From NCBI GenBank assembly GCA_024679065.1, contig JAGIQG010000011.1:3906001-3970000 (forward strand): a DNA stretch of 64,000 nucleotides, in the 5' to 3' direction. Shown piece by piece: positions 11,273 to 24,495 of the stretch. Positions within the stretch are counted from its first letter, which is position 1, and each line of letters opens with the position of its first letter. Under the pieces are notes generated by a model that saw only the letters and a list, made by a program, of their open reading frames with translations, had not been told where the DNA came from and searched no databases. The DNA is from Sphyrna mokarran (taxonomy: Eukaryota). A program made the translations under genes and the position numbers.

Positions 11273-13107
11273 ATTCAAATCAGGTAACACGAACTCAGCG
11301 AAACAAGTGCTGAGAAACATAGCTTTTGTAACTCACTAGCAGCACTTCTAAATCTCAGTTCAACTTTTTGCTTGTTTTCCTTTCTCACTATGTCCATTTG
11401 TCTCTCCTTATCCTGCGTGTGTGTATACAGATGTGCCTGTCTCATTCATTTCCCTCTCTGTCTCTCTCCTCTCCCCACTCCAGCTCCCCTCTACCACTTC
11501 TTTCCCATTCTGTGCAAATAATATCAACAGTCACGACACAAATCAACAAAGAGGACCTAAAGAGTAAATTATGTTAAAGTGAAGTGACTTTCAGTGGTAT
11601 GACTTAAAGTGAGGACTTACTGTATACCTGTCAAGCATGCTGGAGTTGCTGTGTCATAATGAGCAGGCAGATAACTTACTGACTTTGGTTCTGGATGTGA
11701 ATGATAAGCATTCTTCCTCAAAATAATAGAAACATTTGCTTAAGAGCATTTTATCAGCAACAACAACAACATTTATGTCGACCATAATAAAGCCCAACAA
11801 GTGTGTAAACACACTTCATATAAATCATTAAAATTAAGACTGTGGTATCTTTTTTGTATTACTCTTTCTCCCCTGTTATTAGATTTGGCAGGGGACTTCA
11901 TTATTCATAGATTCCAATTCTGTATGACTTACTTGGTAGATTATTTGTCATAGTTTGTTCTGCTCTGTTGTGGTGGCTCTAGTTTGTTCATTGTGGACTG
12001 CCTACTTGGTTTGTTTTAATCAACCACAAACAATGGTTCAGTTTTCACTAGTGTTTGGTACCTCCTAAATATTATTTCTATCCTTTGTGTTTAGCCTATG
12101 GGATTGGGCATTTACTTGCATTGGCTTTGCCTTTCCATTGACAGAATTCTGAGAACATATCTTCCTTTAAATTTGTGAAGCTCCTTTGTACCTTTAATAC
12201 TGAACTGGACCTGATTGGCTTTTCTGATGCATAGCTTCTCTGTACATTCCTTACTTGCTCCATATTCAGACAACTTGCTGCAAGGAAGATTAACTCTGTC
12301 TCCTCTCTTTCTCTCTTCGAGAATAAATGTGTGGCTTTAAGCTTAATCTCACATAGCAATGATACCTGATCGCTACCAGCATCAGTAGGAACCTAGTGCT
12401 TCAAGTATGCCACAACTGAAATTAGCAACAAGTTAATAGATCAGATGTTGATATTGCAAAAAATAAAAATCACCTCAGTAACATCAATCCTCCATGCCAT
12501 CCTTAGTCCCAAAAATCCACATTTATGGATAATATCGTACTTGTTTCAGAACATAGATATGTTCGATTTCGGTAGCCTTAGTGGAGCTGTTGACGTTGTC
12601 TTGTTTCTTCACTGGCTTTCTTCAAACCTCCCTTGGTCCATGTCTCAGTGTTATCCCTCAATCAGTTTTTCTTTGCCTTGCATTTTTGGCCTCAATTGTT
12701 GTCAGGTCAAGGTTGTCAGGTCTTCATTCCAATTTATATACTTGGCTATCTTTCTGCTTCAAACTATTTATCAATTTAAGCAAACGCTCAGGAAAATAAT
12801 TTTCCTTTCAGTTTTCACACTAAGTCAAGATCATTTCACACGTGTTTTTTCAACTAAACAAAAGCTTGGGGGGACAGCCGTTCCCTGATTCATTCCTCAA
12901 CGAGTCGGTGTCTATTTGCTAACCAGTCAGCATCCTCTTCACATGCAGTGTAAATACTTGTTCCTTTTGAGATTTGGTACTCTTTCATTTCTGACCTGAT
13001 GAGTGTAAGATGAAAAGTTTTGACCGCATGTTTCTTCTTCTAGCAATTCTCAAGTTCTGACCTACCAAGCGACTATTTAAATCTGCATTTATATTTTCTC
13101 TCTACAG

Positions 13108-13368
13108 GGTTCCGTTTAAATAAATTAGATACTATTGACCCACAGAGGATTGCTGTGTCTCCATGTGAAACAGAAACAGATAATCCTCTTCTGAGGAGGT
13201 TTGGCCATTGTTCTTCATTTATTGCTCCAAATATTGTTCTTATCAGTGGAGGATTTGGCAGCAGAGATGGCCGGCATGAGCGCCTCAGGGACGTATCACT
13301 GATGATTAAAAATGGACCAGTTTGGAAATGCAGCTCTGTTAAAGATCAGGGATCGATCCATTTATTGA
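13108..13368 (+). CDS. LCMT2: LCMT2 exon (first kelch repeat)
   Basis: tacag acceptor, gtaagt donor. Reads RRFGHCSS..VLISGGFG; phase 1 to 1. Confidence 0.9.
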
Positions 13369-14256
13369 GTAAGTTTTAAAAAAAAATTCAATATCTGGAA
13401 AATGTAACTAACTTTTGAATTTCGGCTGTCTTGGATAATGTAGCACACTCTGTATTGTCACACTGAAAGCTTAAGTTGCTTGAAACAGTAATATCTGCCT
13501 TCTTCCACCCTCCTGCATTCTGGTAAATATTGAAGGTTACTAGATACCATGTCAGTGAAGCAGTAAGAAGCATTGTTAATCTATATTTTGTCCATTTGTT
13601 CTGCTTTTCTTCTGAAAGTGGTCATTAATGTTTCGGGTACAGTTTCGCTGCTCAGAACTATTATCATGTGGTCCATAGCAGCTATGTTATCAGATCGGTG
13701 ATTTGTCCATTTGAAAAAAAACATAAAGTAGTCAGGCTGACGTTAATACATACATTTTCCTTCCTGTCTCCGGGAGGGGGTCAGAATTTAAACATTAGGA
13801 AAACATCAATTTCTGAAAGCCTTTACCACAAGGCAAAGAATGGGTGCAAGCTACCTATACCATCCTTTCAGTCACAGAGCAGGATGTTAAGGTGTGTGTG
13901 TCATGTGTGTCTTGAGAACTTCATTGGGGGGGTAGCTGTGATGCCCCTGCTGTTGAGAGATTGACGATACTGTAGGAATATAATAATACCATAATCCCAA
14001 GTATTTCATTGCACCCTGGGAAGAATAGTTTTCTTGCAAGGGATATCATTGACATAGATCAGAAGATATAAAAATTATTAATGCAGAAACATATTTAGAA
14101 TCTGTACGTAAATTCAGTGGTTTGTATTCAAATCTGCTAAGACTTCATGTGTGCATGTAGAGAGGCTGCTCTGAAACAGTTTATAAAATATTCATGGGCG
14201 TGTAATCTGTTGTACTTGCATGTGTATTAAGGCTGTACGTTTTGTTTATATTATAG

Positions 14257-14481
14257 CTGAACGAATGTTTCACAGCATGACTGCTGTTTGTGACAATCAC
14301 TGCATAATCTTTGGTGGCCGCACGTCTCCATTGAAGGCGCTGGCAAGCCTTCTTTGTTTGAACTGTGACCTGAGTGATGGTGCCAGCTCCAGCATCAACC
14401 TCTCAGTAAAGGAGATAGAATGCAGTGGCACTGCACCATCACCACGCTGGCGACATACAGCAACAGAAGTGATTTACAAAG
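14257..14481 (+). CDS. LCMT2: LCMT2 exon (kelch)
   Basis: tatag acceptor, gtagac donor. Reads ERMFHSMT..IFGGRTSP..PSPRWRHTAT. Confidence 0.93.
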
Positions 14482-15242
14482 GTAGACCAGAAAAACATTA
14501 TGTGATATGAAAATTTCCATTGAGACAAACTTGTACTAAAGGATTTAATGTCAATTCTGGTTTCATAATTCCAATTTCTAGCTCAATAAATCCCAACTGA
14601 CCAATAGGGAAACACAAATAGAAATAAATTGCTGGCTTTGACTGAAAATTTAATTGCAACTTCATATTTTGTCATTTGGCATGTATCTGTATAGGCATAA
14701 TGTTGAAGTTGAAATTCATCCTTGCTCCAGATTCTGTGGTGGAGCTGCAAGTCTAATGGGAGTTACAGAACTGCAAAAGCAGACTCTCAGAAACACTGCA
14801 GCATTTAAAAAAAAATCAGTGTTCAATTTTCTCAGCAAATGTTATGAACTGATATGAATATTTGCAATTCAGTCCCAAGTTGTTCTCTAACTGGGGGAAA
14901 AAAGCATTCAGTCAATTGTTGTCTATTCTGTTAATGATTGTATTTCTGTTCCACAAGTTATCCTAATCCTAATCCCTCTCCCTCCACCACAGTCCAAAAT
15001 AAGGACCAAAACATTCTCTTATAAAAGTCACCATAAACTAATCAAACCACCTCCAGTTGAGATAATTTAGTTTGTGTCATTTGGGGTTGAGGATTGATTA
15101 GTTCACTACTAATAGTACCAGATGCCCTCTGGATTCTGCATTTATCTTTCATTTCTGATGGCATTTTGGAAAGAATGTAACGGGAACAAGGTGCAAACAC
15201 GCCATGTTTTATGACTAATTGGAGATCATTATTTACTTTAAG

Positions 15243-15340
15243 GTCAGAGCTACCTGTTTGTCTATGGTGGTCGCTCTCCCAGAGAGTTGGCACTAAATGA
15301 TTGGCATTTCCTTAACCTGGAAGACTACAACTGGACCAAT
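15243..15340 (+). CDS. LCMT2: LCMT2 exon (kelch)
   Basis: taag acceptor, gtaagt donor. Reads YLFVYGGRSPRELALNDWHFL; phase 1 to 0. Confidence 0.92.
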
Positions 15341-15704
15341 GTAAGTGATTATTGTTTACAACAGCCCTGGCCTGCTCTACTTGTCTAGGTCTTTCACTAT
15401 TCCCTTTCTCGGGGGAATTTTCATCTATTTCAGATATATTTTTTGGTGTTCTCTTAAATGATGGTGGTCTGTGCATCAATTACTCCCTGTGATAAAGCAT
15501 TCCATCTTGTAGTCCTCTGTGTAAATAAATCTCTCCTAATTTGTCACTCTGATATTGATTTCAAAGCAGATGAAAGTCATCGCTGACTCCTCAACCAGAT
15601 AAAGGCTTTCCCTTTTCATTCTATCAAAGCGCTTTGGAACTTTAAAAACCTTTAAGGCTCCTCTCCACCTTCTATGCTCCAGTGGGAATTATCCCAGCAT
15701 GTCA

Positions 15705-18700
15705 ATATATGAATTGGGAGCAGGAATGGGCCACTCTGCCCCTTGAATCTACTCCGCCATTCAACAAGATCATGGCTGACCTGATTGTGACTTCAACTGC
15801 ACGTTCCCACCTAACCTGATAAGCTTTCACCCCTTTGCTTATTAAGAATCTAGCACCTTCTGCCTTAAAAATATTCAGATGCTTTTCTGCTGCCTCTTAA
15901 AGATTCTCAACTTTGAGAGAATTTTTCCTCATCTCTGTCTTAAACCGAGACAAATACAGAAAATTCAGACAGAATGATGAAAAAGCACGTTAGAGCAACG
16001 AAAAAGGATAATGAGAAGCCAATCTAAAGAGGAGTCCCAAAGTCTTCTAAAGGCATATAAATAGCAAACAGATGGTAAAAGGAGTAGAACTGATTAGGGA
16101 TCTAAAATGGAATTTACACATGGATGCTGAGGGCAAGGCTGAGATATTAATGAATGCTTTACATCAATCTTTTATCAAAGAGATAGATACTACCCAGAAA
16201 TGGTGACAGTAGAGGGAACTCTGTGCCTAGAAGAGCTCAAAATCGCTAAGGAGAAAATATTGAAAAGACCCTCTTTATTGAAAGTTGACAAGAAATAGGG
16301 ACTGGATGAGATGTATTCAAGGAAATTGAAGGAATCACATATAGAAATTATGGAGCTGCTGGGTGTAATCTTCCCTAGACTCAGGAGATGTCAGTAGACC
16401 AGAGAGCTGCAAAGGATCCACCTTGTTCAAAAAATGTTCTGTGTATAACCCCAGCAATTACAGGCCAGTCAGTTTAACCTCAGTGTTGGGCGAGCTTCTA
16501 GAAATAATAATTCAGGATGGAATTAGTAGTCACATGGGAAAATGGGTTGGTTAGGAAAAATTAGCATGGATTTCTAAATGGGAAATCATGTTTAATTAAC
16601 TTGCTGGAATTTTTTGAAGAGGTACTGGAAAAGGTAATGCTGTTGATGTGGTGTACGTGGAGTTTCAAAAGATATTTTATACAGTGCCACAAAGCTTGTG
16701 AGAAAAGCTATAGTAATAACATGGATACAAAATTGGTTTTGTAATAGGAAGCAGAGAGTAGTGGCTAGCAGATATTTTGAAGACTGGTGGATCGTTTGTA
16801 GTGACGTTCCAGAGGGGTCAGTATTAGGATCCTCCTTCTAATATATATTAATGATCTAATCTTGGTCTGCAGAGATAATTGCAAAGTTTGCAGCTGATGC
16901 AAAACTTGGATGTATTGGAAACTGAAGAGAACAGTGTAGAATTTAAAAGGACATAGACAAATTAGTGGAATGGGCAGATAGATGGCAGATGAAATTCAAT
17001 GCAAAGAAGTATGAGATGATGCATTCTGGTAAGAAGGGCAAGGAGAGAGAATATAAAACAAAGGGTCAAATTCTTAGAGATGCAGGAGCAGAGATTCCTG
17101 TGTGTATATGTGCTTAAATCATTGAAGGTGACAAGACAGGTGAAGAGCAGTTAATTAAAGTATTTGGTATTCTGGGCTTTATTAATAGGGCATAGAATAT
17201 GAGAACAAGGAGGTTATACTGAATTAATACAAGACATTAGTTAAACCTCAGCTGGAATATTGTGCACAGTTCTGGGCAGTTCACACCATATAGGAAGGAT
17301 ATGAAAGCATTGGAGGAAGTGCAGAAGGAGTTTACAAGAATGGTTCCAGTGATGAGAAGCTTCGGTTATGAGGATAGATTGGATATGTTGGAACTGTTGA
17401 CATTGGAGAAAAGTCCAAGAAGAGATTTAATAGAGATGCTCAAAATTATGAGGGGTCTGGATAGAGTAGATAGGGAGAAACTATTCCCACTCATAAAAGG
17501 ATCAAGAAGGAGAGGGCACAGATTTTAAGTGATTTGCAAAGAAACAAATGTAATGTGAGAAATCTTTTTCACGCAGTAAATGGTTTGGGCCTGGAATGCA
17601 CTGCCTGTGATGGAGGCAGGTTCAATCGAGGGATTCACGAGAGCATTAGCTAATTACTTGAATAGAAATAGTGTGCAGGGATATAGAGGAAAGACAGGGG
17701 AATGGCACTAAGTCATGATGCTCATTTGGAGAGCGAATACAGACACTATGGGCTAATTGACCTCCTGCATTGTAATAATTCTGTGATTAAATAGACGACC
17801 TGTTATTTTTAAACCAGAATCTCCCAAAATAGAAAACATTTTTTCGATTTCCACCCTGTAACCACATTTGGGATCTTTTATGTTTCAATCAAGTTGCCTG
17901 TTATTGTTCAAAACTCCAGCAGGTATCAGCCTAGTCTGTTCAATTTTTCTCATGAAGCAACCTTCCCATCCCAAGTATTAGTCTAGTAAAGCTTCTTCAA
18001 ACTGCTTCCAGTGCGTTTACAGCCTGTTATAAATAAGGAGACCAATACTGTAATAAGGAGGCCAATATTAAACACTGCAGTGCAAATGTGGTTTTAACAA
18101 TGCTCAATATAACCAAAGCATAAATGTCTTATCTTTGCATTGAGTTTCCTTTCCAAGAAACAACATTTCATTAATTTTCCTAATTATTTCCTGTATCCAC
18201 ACGCTAAATTTTTCTGACTCATACACAAGGGCATCTTCTACAGATTCCTCTACATCTCAGAGCTCTGCAATCACCATTTTTTAATTCCTCCTACCAAAAT
18301 GGAGAGTTTCACATCTTCCCGCATTTAACTCCATTTGCCAGATCTTTGCCTATTCGCTTAATCTACTTAACCTCTCTATGTCTCCTTGTAGCCTCCTGTC
18401 CTCTTCACAGCTTACTTTCCTACCTATCTGTGTCAGCAGCAAATTTAACAACCATTCCTTTGGTCCTTTCATCCAAGTCATTTATATAAATTGTAAACAG
18501 TGGAGTCTCAAGCGCTGATCCTTGTGGTGCATCACTCATTACATCTTGACAGCCAGAAAATTACCCATTTGTGCCATTCTGTTTCCTTTTAGTTAATCAT
18601 TTTTCTATCCACTGTGAGCTTTTACTTTTTTTGCAATAACCTTTGATTGTCGCTCCTTATCAAATGTCTTCTGGAAATCTAAGCATTGGTCATTCACCCT

Positions 18701-19005
18701 TTATCCACATCATATTACTTCAAAGTTTATTAAACATGATTTCCCTTTTGCAAAACCATTTTGACTGCCCCTGATTGCCTTGAGATTTTCTTAATGTCCT
18801 GCTGTATCATCTTTAATAATAGCTTCTATCATTTCCCCTGTGACAGATGATAAACTAATGGGCCTGTAGTTTTCTGTTTTCTCTCCTGTTTTTGAACAAA
18901 GAAATTTACATTCACTATTTTCCAATTTAATGCAACCTTCCTGAATTCAGGGAATGTTGGTAAGTTAAAGCTAATGCATTAATTATCTCATTAGCCACTT
19001 CTTTT
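15705..19005 (-). mobile_element. CR1 LINE fragment (minus), split by a plus-strand CR1 at 15945-17786
   Basis: The CR1 3' end at 15705-15944 resumes at 17792 and continues into RT-region sequence to about 19005. Confidence 0.7.
15945..17786 (+). mobile_element. CR1 LINE, 1.8 kb decayed RT region plus 3' UTR
   Basis: Remnants of NYRPVSLTSV, HGF..GKSCL.NLLEFFEEV, VPEGSVLG, KFAADAKL, and ORF 17262-17528 (LEEVQKEFTRMVP..RRDLIE); many frameshifts. Confidence 0.88.
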
Positions 19006-19544
19006 AAGACATTCAAGTCCCTTCTTATGACTGTAGTTTCACATCTTATAGTCATCCTAGTAAATCTTAAGCTTTTATGTTCTCTCTGACTTTAATGTCA
19101 GTAAGGATATAACTGCACCAAAAAATGAGAAAATAAACACATGAGACTATGGATGAGAGGCAGTGGATGCTTCAGATATTCTATATGTAAACACTGGAAG
19201 TCCTATGAATAAATTATGAAATTTTTGAGATCTTTGCTGGAGAGGGAGATTGAATTAATGAGCATCACAGAACATGGTTCAACAGTGGGTTAGGTATATT
19301 TATGGGAATAAAGATTACTTTGCAGTGATAGGGAAAAATAATGGAATGTGCAGCCTTATATGTGAGAGAAAACTTGATTGTAGCAGGAATGGGTTTATCT
19401 ATCCTGAGGACAGGAAAGGTGGATACGGATGAGTTGCATGAGTGCAATAAATTTGCCATGTGACGACACAATGATAGATGCTTTTGTGGAACTTCCATGA
19501 CCAAAGGTACTTTTGGACTTGATATTAAATATGGTGAAGTGATG

Positions 19545-19773
19545 TTTAAAGCTTAGTTATTAGTGACCCTTGTCATCACACTCTGGCACCTGTTTGGGTA
19601 CATTGAGGGAGAATTCAGCATGGTCAACACTTAACCTGGATTGTGGAAAGAAACCAGAGCACTTGGGGAAACTCACACCAACATGGGGAGAACATACAGA
19701 CAGTGACCCAAGCCTGGGTTTGAATCTGGGTCCCTAGTGCTGTGAGGCAGTAGTTCTAACCACTGTGTTACCA
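19545..19773 (-). mobile_element. HE1-like SINE (alternative tail)
   Basis: tRNA-like head at 19715-19773 and shared body. Confidence 0.7.
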
Positions 19774-20706
19774 TGGGGTCAGCGTCTGAGAACATGTGAT
19801 AGAGAATAAGTTTATGATGGTATGTTGAGTGTACTCAGAACAGGCAACTTTAGAAAGGCACATTTTAAGTTGCTGAGAGATGAGCTAAAGGACCTGGGTT
19901 TGCAAGCGCTGTTAGAGGGATCAAAATTCAAGAAAAATGGGCCAGGTTTATAATTAAAAATTTATAAATGCTCCATTCAACATGACCTCAAGCTTCTTAG
20001 GAAAAAAAAGGTAACTTGATTTTTCGCAGGACCTAACTTTCATCAGGACTGGTAAAAATGTTACAGAGAGTATTTAAGAAAAAACAGGTCCTTTTTCTTT
20101 TACACTTAAAAAAGACATTTAAAAAGGTAGCAAAGATGAAGAAACTCCTCAAGAAAGCTAAAGCAGTCGGTGAGGTTAGTAATGTGGGAAACAATTTTTT
20201 AAATCAAACATTTCCATTAATAGATTTGTGTAAAGTATGTAAAACGGAAATGTACATTCCATTGACGAATCCCAAAGGTGACAACATAATGTCAAATGAC
20301 ACGTTCTTCAGTGTTCATGGAGGAGACTGTGGGCTGGTTTTTCAGCACAGAAATCAAATTTGAGGTTGAGTGGAGGAAATAGTAGTAAAAGAATCTGTAC
20401 TGAACTAGCCATTTAAATATTGTGGCTGCAAGAAGCAGTCAAAGGCTAGGAATTGTGTGGAGAGTAACTCATCTCCTAACTCTCCAAAGCCTACAGACAT
20501 AAGTCAGGAGTATGATAGAATACTCTTCACTTATCTGGATGAATGGAACTCCAGCAACACTCAAGAAGCTTGACACTGTCCAGTATGGGCACCTCGTCCA
20601 CTGACATTCACTCTCTCCATCATCAATGAACAGTGGCAGTAGTTTGCACCATCTACAAGATGCACTGCAGCACCTACCAAATCTCCTTGGCCAGCACACT
20701 CTGTGT

Positions 20707-21432
20707 TGTTAGTGCAATTGACATAGATTTATATGTATTTTTAATGTTTAAGGGGAATCTTAAAATTTAGCTTCGTGCTAAAGGCAATTAGTATACCTGG
20801 AAGGAATGCAGCTCAGATGCTGGGAGAGCAGGATAGTCACTCATTTCAACTTTGCAAGTGGTTATGTTAGGAAAGTTAATAGATTTCTGTTTACTTATGT
20901 TCCCTGGGATTTCTTGGATCCTAGGATTGACAGAATCATGTAATGATGTAGTTTGTGTGCAGACCTGAGTCTCTAACAGAGTAAAAAATGTTCTCGGCAG
21001 AAAGCAGTTTAGTTTGCAACTGAAGCCTAGTTGAAGTTAGAAGGATTTTGCAGGCTTCTTGAATTCTCTCTTCAAGAGAGCTTCAAGACTGCCTACTTTC
21101 ATTATAGCAATATATTTATGATTGCTAACTGTATGTAAAGTAGCATTTAAGTCTGTAAGAGAAATATTGCTTATTTGGAACCGAACAGGTGATAAGTTAG
21201 AAATTAAAGGTGTTTCCTTTTCATTTTTCATATTGTTCAACTGTTACAAATTAAGCTGCTTTATTTGTTAGAGTTATAATTAAACTGTGTTACAAAAACA
21301 GTTTGTTTTGTTATAAAAGATCCCTATTTTATCATTCCTAGAAGGAAGTATTCTTTTCTCATATTAATGCCAAAATAGAAAACTTTTGAGGTCCAATCTG
21401 GCATCCTAATGTTCTGGTCCACAATCCTAACA
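20707..21432. mobile_element. Probable solo LTR
   Basis: 726-bp insert with terminal inverted TGTTAG...CTAACA that splits a LINE fragment. Confidence 0.55.
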
Positions 21433-21653
21433 CTTCCAAACCCATGATCACTGCTATCTTAAAGGGCAAGGATAGTAGACACACGGGAACACTGTCATCT
21501 GGATGTTCTCCTCCAAGTCACTCACTGTCCTGACAGGGAATGATCTTGTCTTTCCTTCACTATTGCTAGGTCAAAATCCTTGAACCCCTTCCCCAGCAGC
21601 AATGTGAGTCTATCTACATCACATAGACTGCAGTTGTTCAAGAAGGCAGCACC

Positions 21654-21945
21654 ACATGGCATGCTGGTCAGAGTTGTTGCTTTGGTGTGTCAGGGTTTGA
21701 TTCTGGTTTTGGGTGACTCTGGAGACTGCATATTCTCCCTGTGTCTGCATGGGTTTCTTCCGAGTACTCAGGTTTCCTCCCACGATGTAAGGATGTACAG
21801 GTTTGTTGGGTTTGCCGTGATAAATATGTGGGGTACAGGGACAGAGCAAAGAGTAGGCCTGGGTAAGATATTCCTTTGGAGAGTCGGTGCAGGCTCAGTG
21901 GGCCAAATGGCTTCTTTCTGCACTGTAGGGATTCTCTAGTTCTGT
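21654..21945 (+). mobile_element. HE1-like SINE nested in a LINE 3' end
   Basis: SINE body and CR1-type tail. Confidence 0.7.
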
Positions 21946-22445
21946 GCTATGGTTCTTGAGGGCAATTAGAGATGGGCAATACATGCCGGCCTCGCGAACA
22001 ACACCTACATCCCGTTAATGAAACTTTTAAAAAATACAAATGGAAAATGAGGCAGTTAATTGTGATGGGGGAGTCAAAGTGAAGCAGGCGTTGCATCCTT
22101 CCTGATGGGCTTTATACAAAAGTGCTTCTGAAATGGTCCATTAAATTAGTCATATATCTGATCGTTTCTTTGGTGGATGATTAGAAATGGGAACTGGGTT
22201 CAAGGATTGGAAAGTAGTTAAAATGGCGTATAATACAACATGCCAGTTAACCGAATATCTCTTATGGATAGAGAATACAGCAGCCTGAAAGAGCATTAAT
22301 GAAACTTCCTGATAGCTTTTATGCTAAATATTCCACCAGCATTCTCGTCTAGAATTTAAAAATTCACTGAGAAAAAGTTACTACTCGAGATTTATAACTT
22401 TGAACTTAATAGCATGATGTATGTGTTTTTATTTCCCCTTTGAAG

Positions 22446-22633
22446 ATTGCAGTTAATGGGCCCACTCCTGAAGGTCGTCATTCTCACAGTGCCTGTTCAT
22501 GGAAAGATGGTGCGCTGATTGCTGGAGGATTAGGAGCAACTCAGATTCCTTTGGCATCCATTTTCCATCTTAGGCCAACCTCAACTGGATTTACTTGGGA
22601 CAGAATAGAAATAGTTTCTTCTTTCATTCCACG
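22446..22633 (+). CDS. LCMT2: LCMT2 exon (kelch)
   Basis: gaag acceptor, gtacac donor. Reads GPTPEGRHSHSACSWKDGALIAGGLG; phase 0 to 2. Confidence 0.93.
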
Positions 22634-23162
22634 GTACACATATAAATCCTTTTAATAGCACAGACCAAAATTGATAGCTATTTTCTTCTCTTTTTGTTTT
22701 GTCTGTATCCAATGCTATCCTCTATTGATACAACAAAGTATTAACATTACAATTCTATGAGTCACCTGTCAAATGATATTCTTAGGCAATGCAGAAAAGT
22801 ATAATAGTTTCTTTGTCTACTCACTGTTAAGGTTTTAAATTTTTGACAATTGATTAGTAAAGAATAATGTAAAGATTACAATGCTGATTGTACTCTATTG
22901 GCTGTGTAGCACCTAGGGAGATTTCTGACATGCAAGTCCAGGTTTACTTCATTCTTGTTACGTACATTCAAATTATGATTATTTTACATTTAGTTTTCAT
23001 ATCTCTTTCAATTTTATTTGAACTAATTTTTATGCTCATCAAAGTGAAGGATAAATGGAATTCTGTTGTCATTGTAGTCACCTGTTGTCAGAGTAAAATT
23101 GCCTCAACTGTGAAATTAAGAATTTTTACACTTTTGAGGAGCAGTCATCATTATTCATAATT

Positions 23163-23266
23163 ATAGAACATAGAACATTACAGCGCAGTACAGGCCCTTC
23201 GGCCCTCGATGTTGAGCCGGCCAGTGGACCTTCTAACCTAAACTATTCCAATATCATCCATATGCC
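23163..23266 (-). mobile_element. Young CR1 3'-tail insertion
   Basis: 95/97 identical to 24274-24370 in inverted orientation; ATAGAAC tail repeat; AATTATA repeated at both ends. Confidence 0.85.
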
Positions 23267-23607
23267 AAATTATATCTGGCAAAACTAAGCATCTTGTACC
23301 ATAAACCTTTCCAGTAAATAACGTACTGTAGCCTGGGAAAAGTGAAAAGATTGTGTGTACAGGAACCTTGGTTTTAACTGGATGTGTTTGATGGGTGGGT
23401 AAAGTTGGGCTGTTTTAACTGCCAGGCTTCTTTAATGTGCCATCAATCCATATACTGCATAGACAAATGGGGAGTTAGCCAAGAAGAAACTGCTGGACTC
23501 TGCCTATCTAAAGAAGGACACATCAGCTATGGATGGTGGCAGGGTCCATAGCCTGAGGATTAAAATGTATTCCAAGGAATATTTCATCATTTGCAATTAA
23601 TTTACAG

Positions 23608-23743
23608 ATACGCACACACAGCCCATATTATTGGCGATGAACTTATTTTACTGGGAGGAGTGACAATCCATTCTGATTCAACCCCTGAATTAACTCTTAT
23701 TGACCTTAAAACAGGACAAAGCTTTCACTACTACATAGACACA
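23608..23743 (+). CDS. LCMT2: LCMT2 penultimate coding exon (kelch)
   Basis: tacag acceptor, gtaagt donor. Reads RYAHTAHIIGDELILLGGV; 136 nt, phase 2 to 0. Confidence 0.93.
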
Positions 23744-24189
23744 GTAAGTATTAACTGTTCAAACAATATAAAAGCAAAAGACATGTTGCATTTGGTTCTC
23801 AAATTGATTTCTTCAGCATTTTTCCTTATTTAAGCAAAGGAATGAAAGATAAATAAACAAAAATTCAAACTTTTTTTTATTAAAACATTTAATGAGTTAG
23901 TTTTATGTAGTTTCAGGGTACAATGAAGGGGGTGCATTTAAAATTTCAGTGTTGACTTATCCAATATGGTTGAAAGCCCTAAAGTGAAAAGAAAGTGTGT
24001 GTGTGTGTATAGACGTGGGGGAGTGGGTCAGGGAACTTGGATGGGAGGAGAGGCTGGGGGTTGAAAGCTGCTGGAAGAGCACAAGAAAGAATGGTAGGCA
24101 CAAACCCTCGTGGGTGGGTGAGAGGGGGTAAAGGTAGATCCGAGTGTGAGACTGAAAAGAGCTGGATCAGCTCAGTTTGACAGACAAAT

Positions 24190-24370
24190 GGTGGGTGGTG
24201 AGGGCGTGGAATACCCTGCCTGCAGCAGTTGTGGACTCGCTTACTTTGGGGGCATTCAGATGATCGGTGGATAGGCATATGGATGATATTGGAATAGTTT
24301 AGGTTAGAGGGTCCACTGGCCGGCACAACATCGAGGGCCGAAGGGCCTGTACTGCGCTGTAATGTTCTAT
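24190..24370 (+). mobile_element. Young CR1 3' end
   Basis: GGGTGGTGAGGGCGTGGAATACCCTGCC..GGCCGAAGGGCCTGTACTGCGCTGTAATGTTCTAT, with CpGs retained. Confidence 0.85.
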
Positions 24371-24495
24371 GATACTGGATTTTCTGTTCTAAATGGTGAC
24401 CACAGATCTTTGAGTAATGTGGAGAGAAACAACATCAGTTGCAAAACTTATGAGTGAGTGAGATGCATTGTTAATTATTTAGTCTTTACTTGCAG

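Larger units (their letters stand above)
20475..22035 (+). mobile_element. CR1/L2-group LINE 3' fragment, interrupted by an LTR-like insert and a SINE
   Basis: VRSMIEYSSLIWMNGTPATLKKLDTVQ-like coding remnant. Resumes at 21433 and again near 21950. A homologous minus copy lies at 35165-36400. Confidence 0.65.

Noticed and set aside
11880-13080. 147-aa ORF (12445-12888) and surrounding repeat-like sequence
   Set aside because: No recognisable protein motif. It lies in an LCMT2 intron and is probably an old TE, but I cannot assign the family.
19130-20350. Possible ancient CR1 endonuclease-region remnant and Lys-rich ORF 20058-20363
   Set aside because: Only a faint ALYVRENL-like trace; too degenerate to call.
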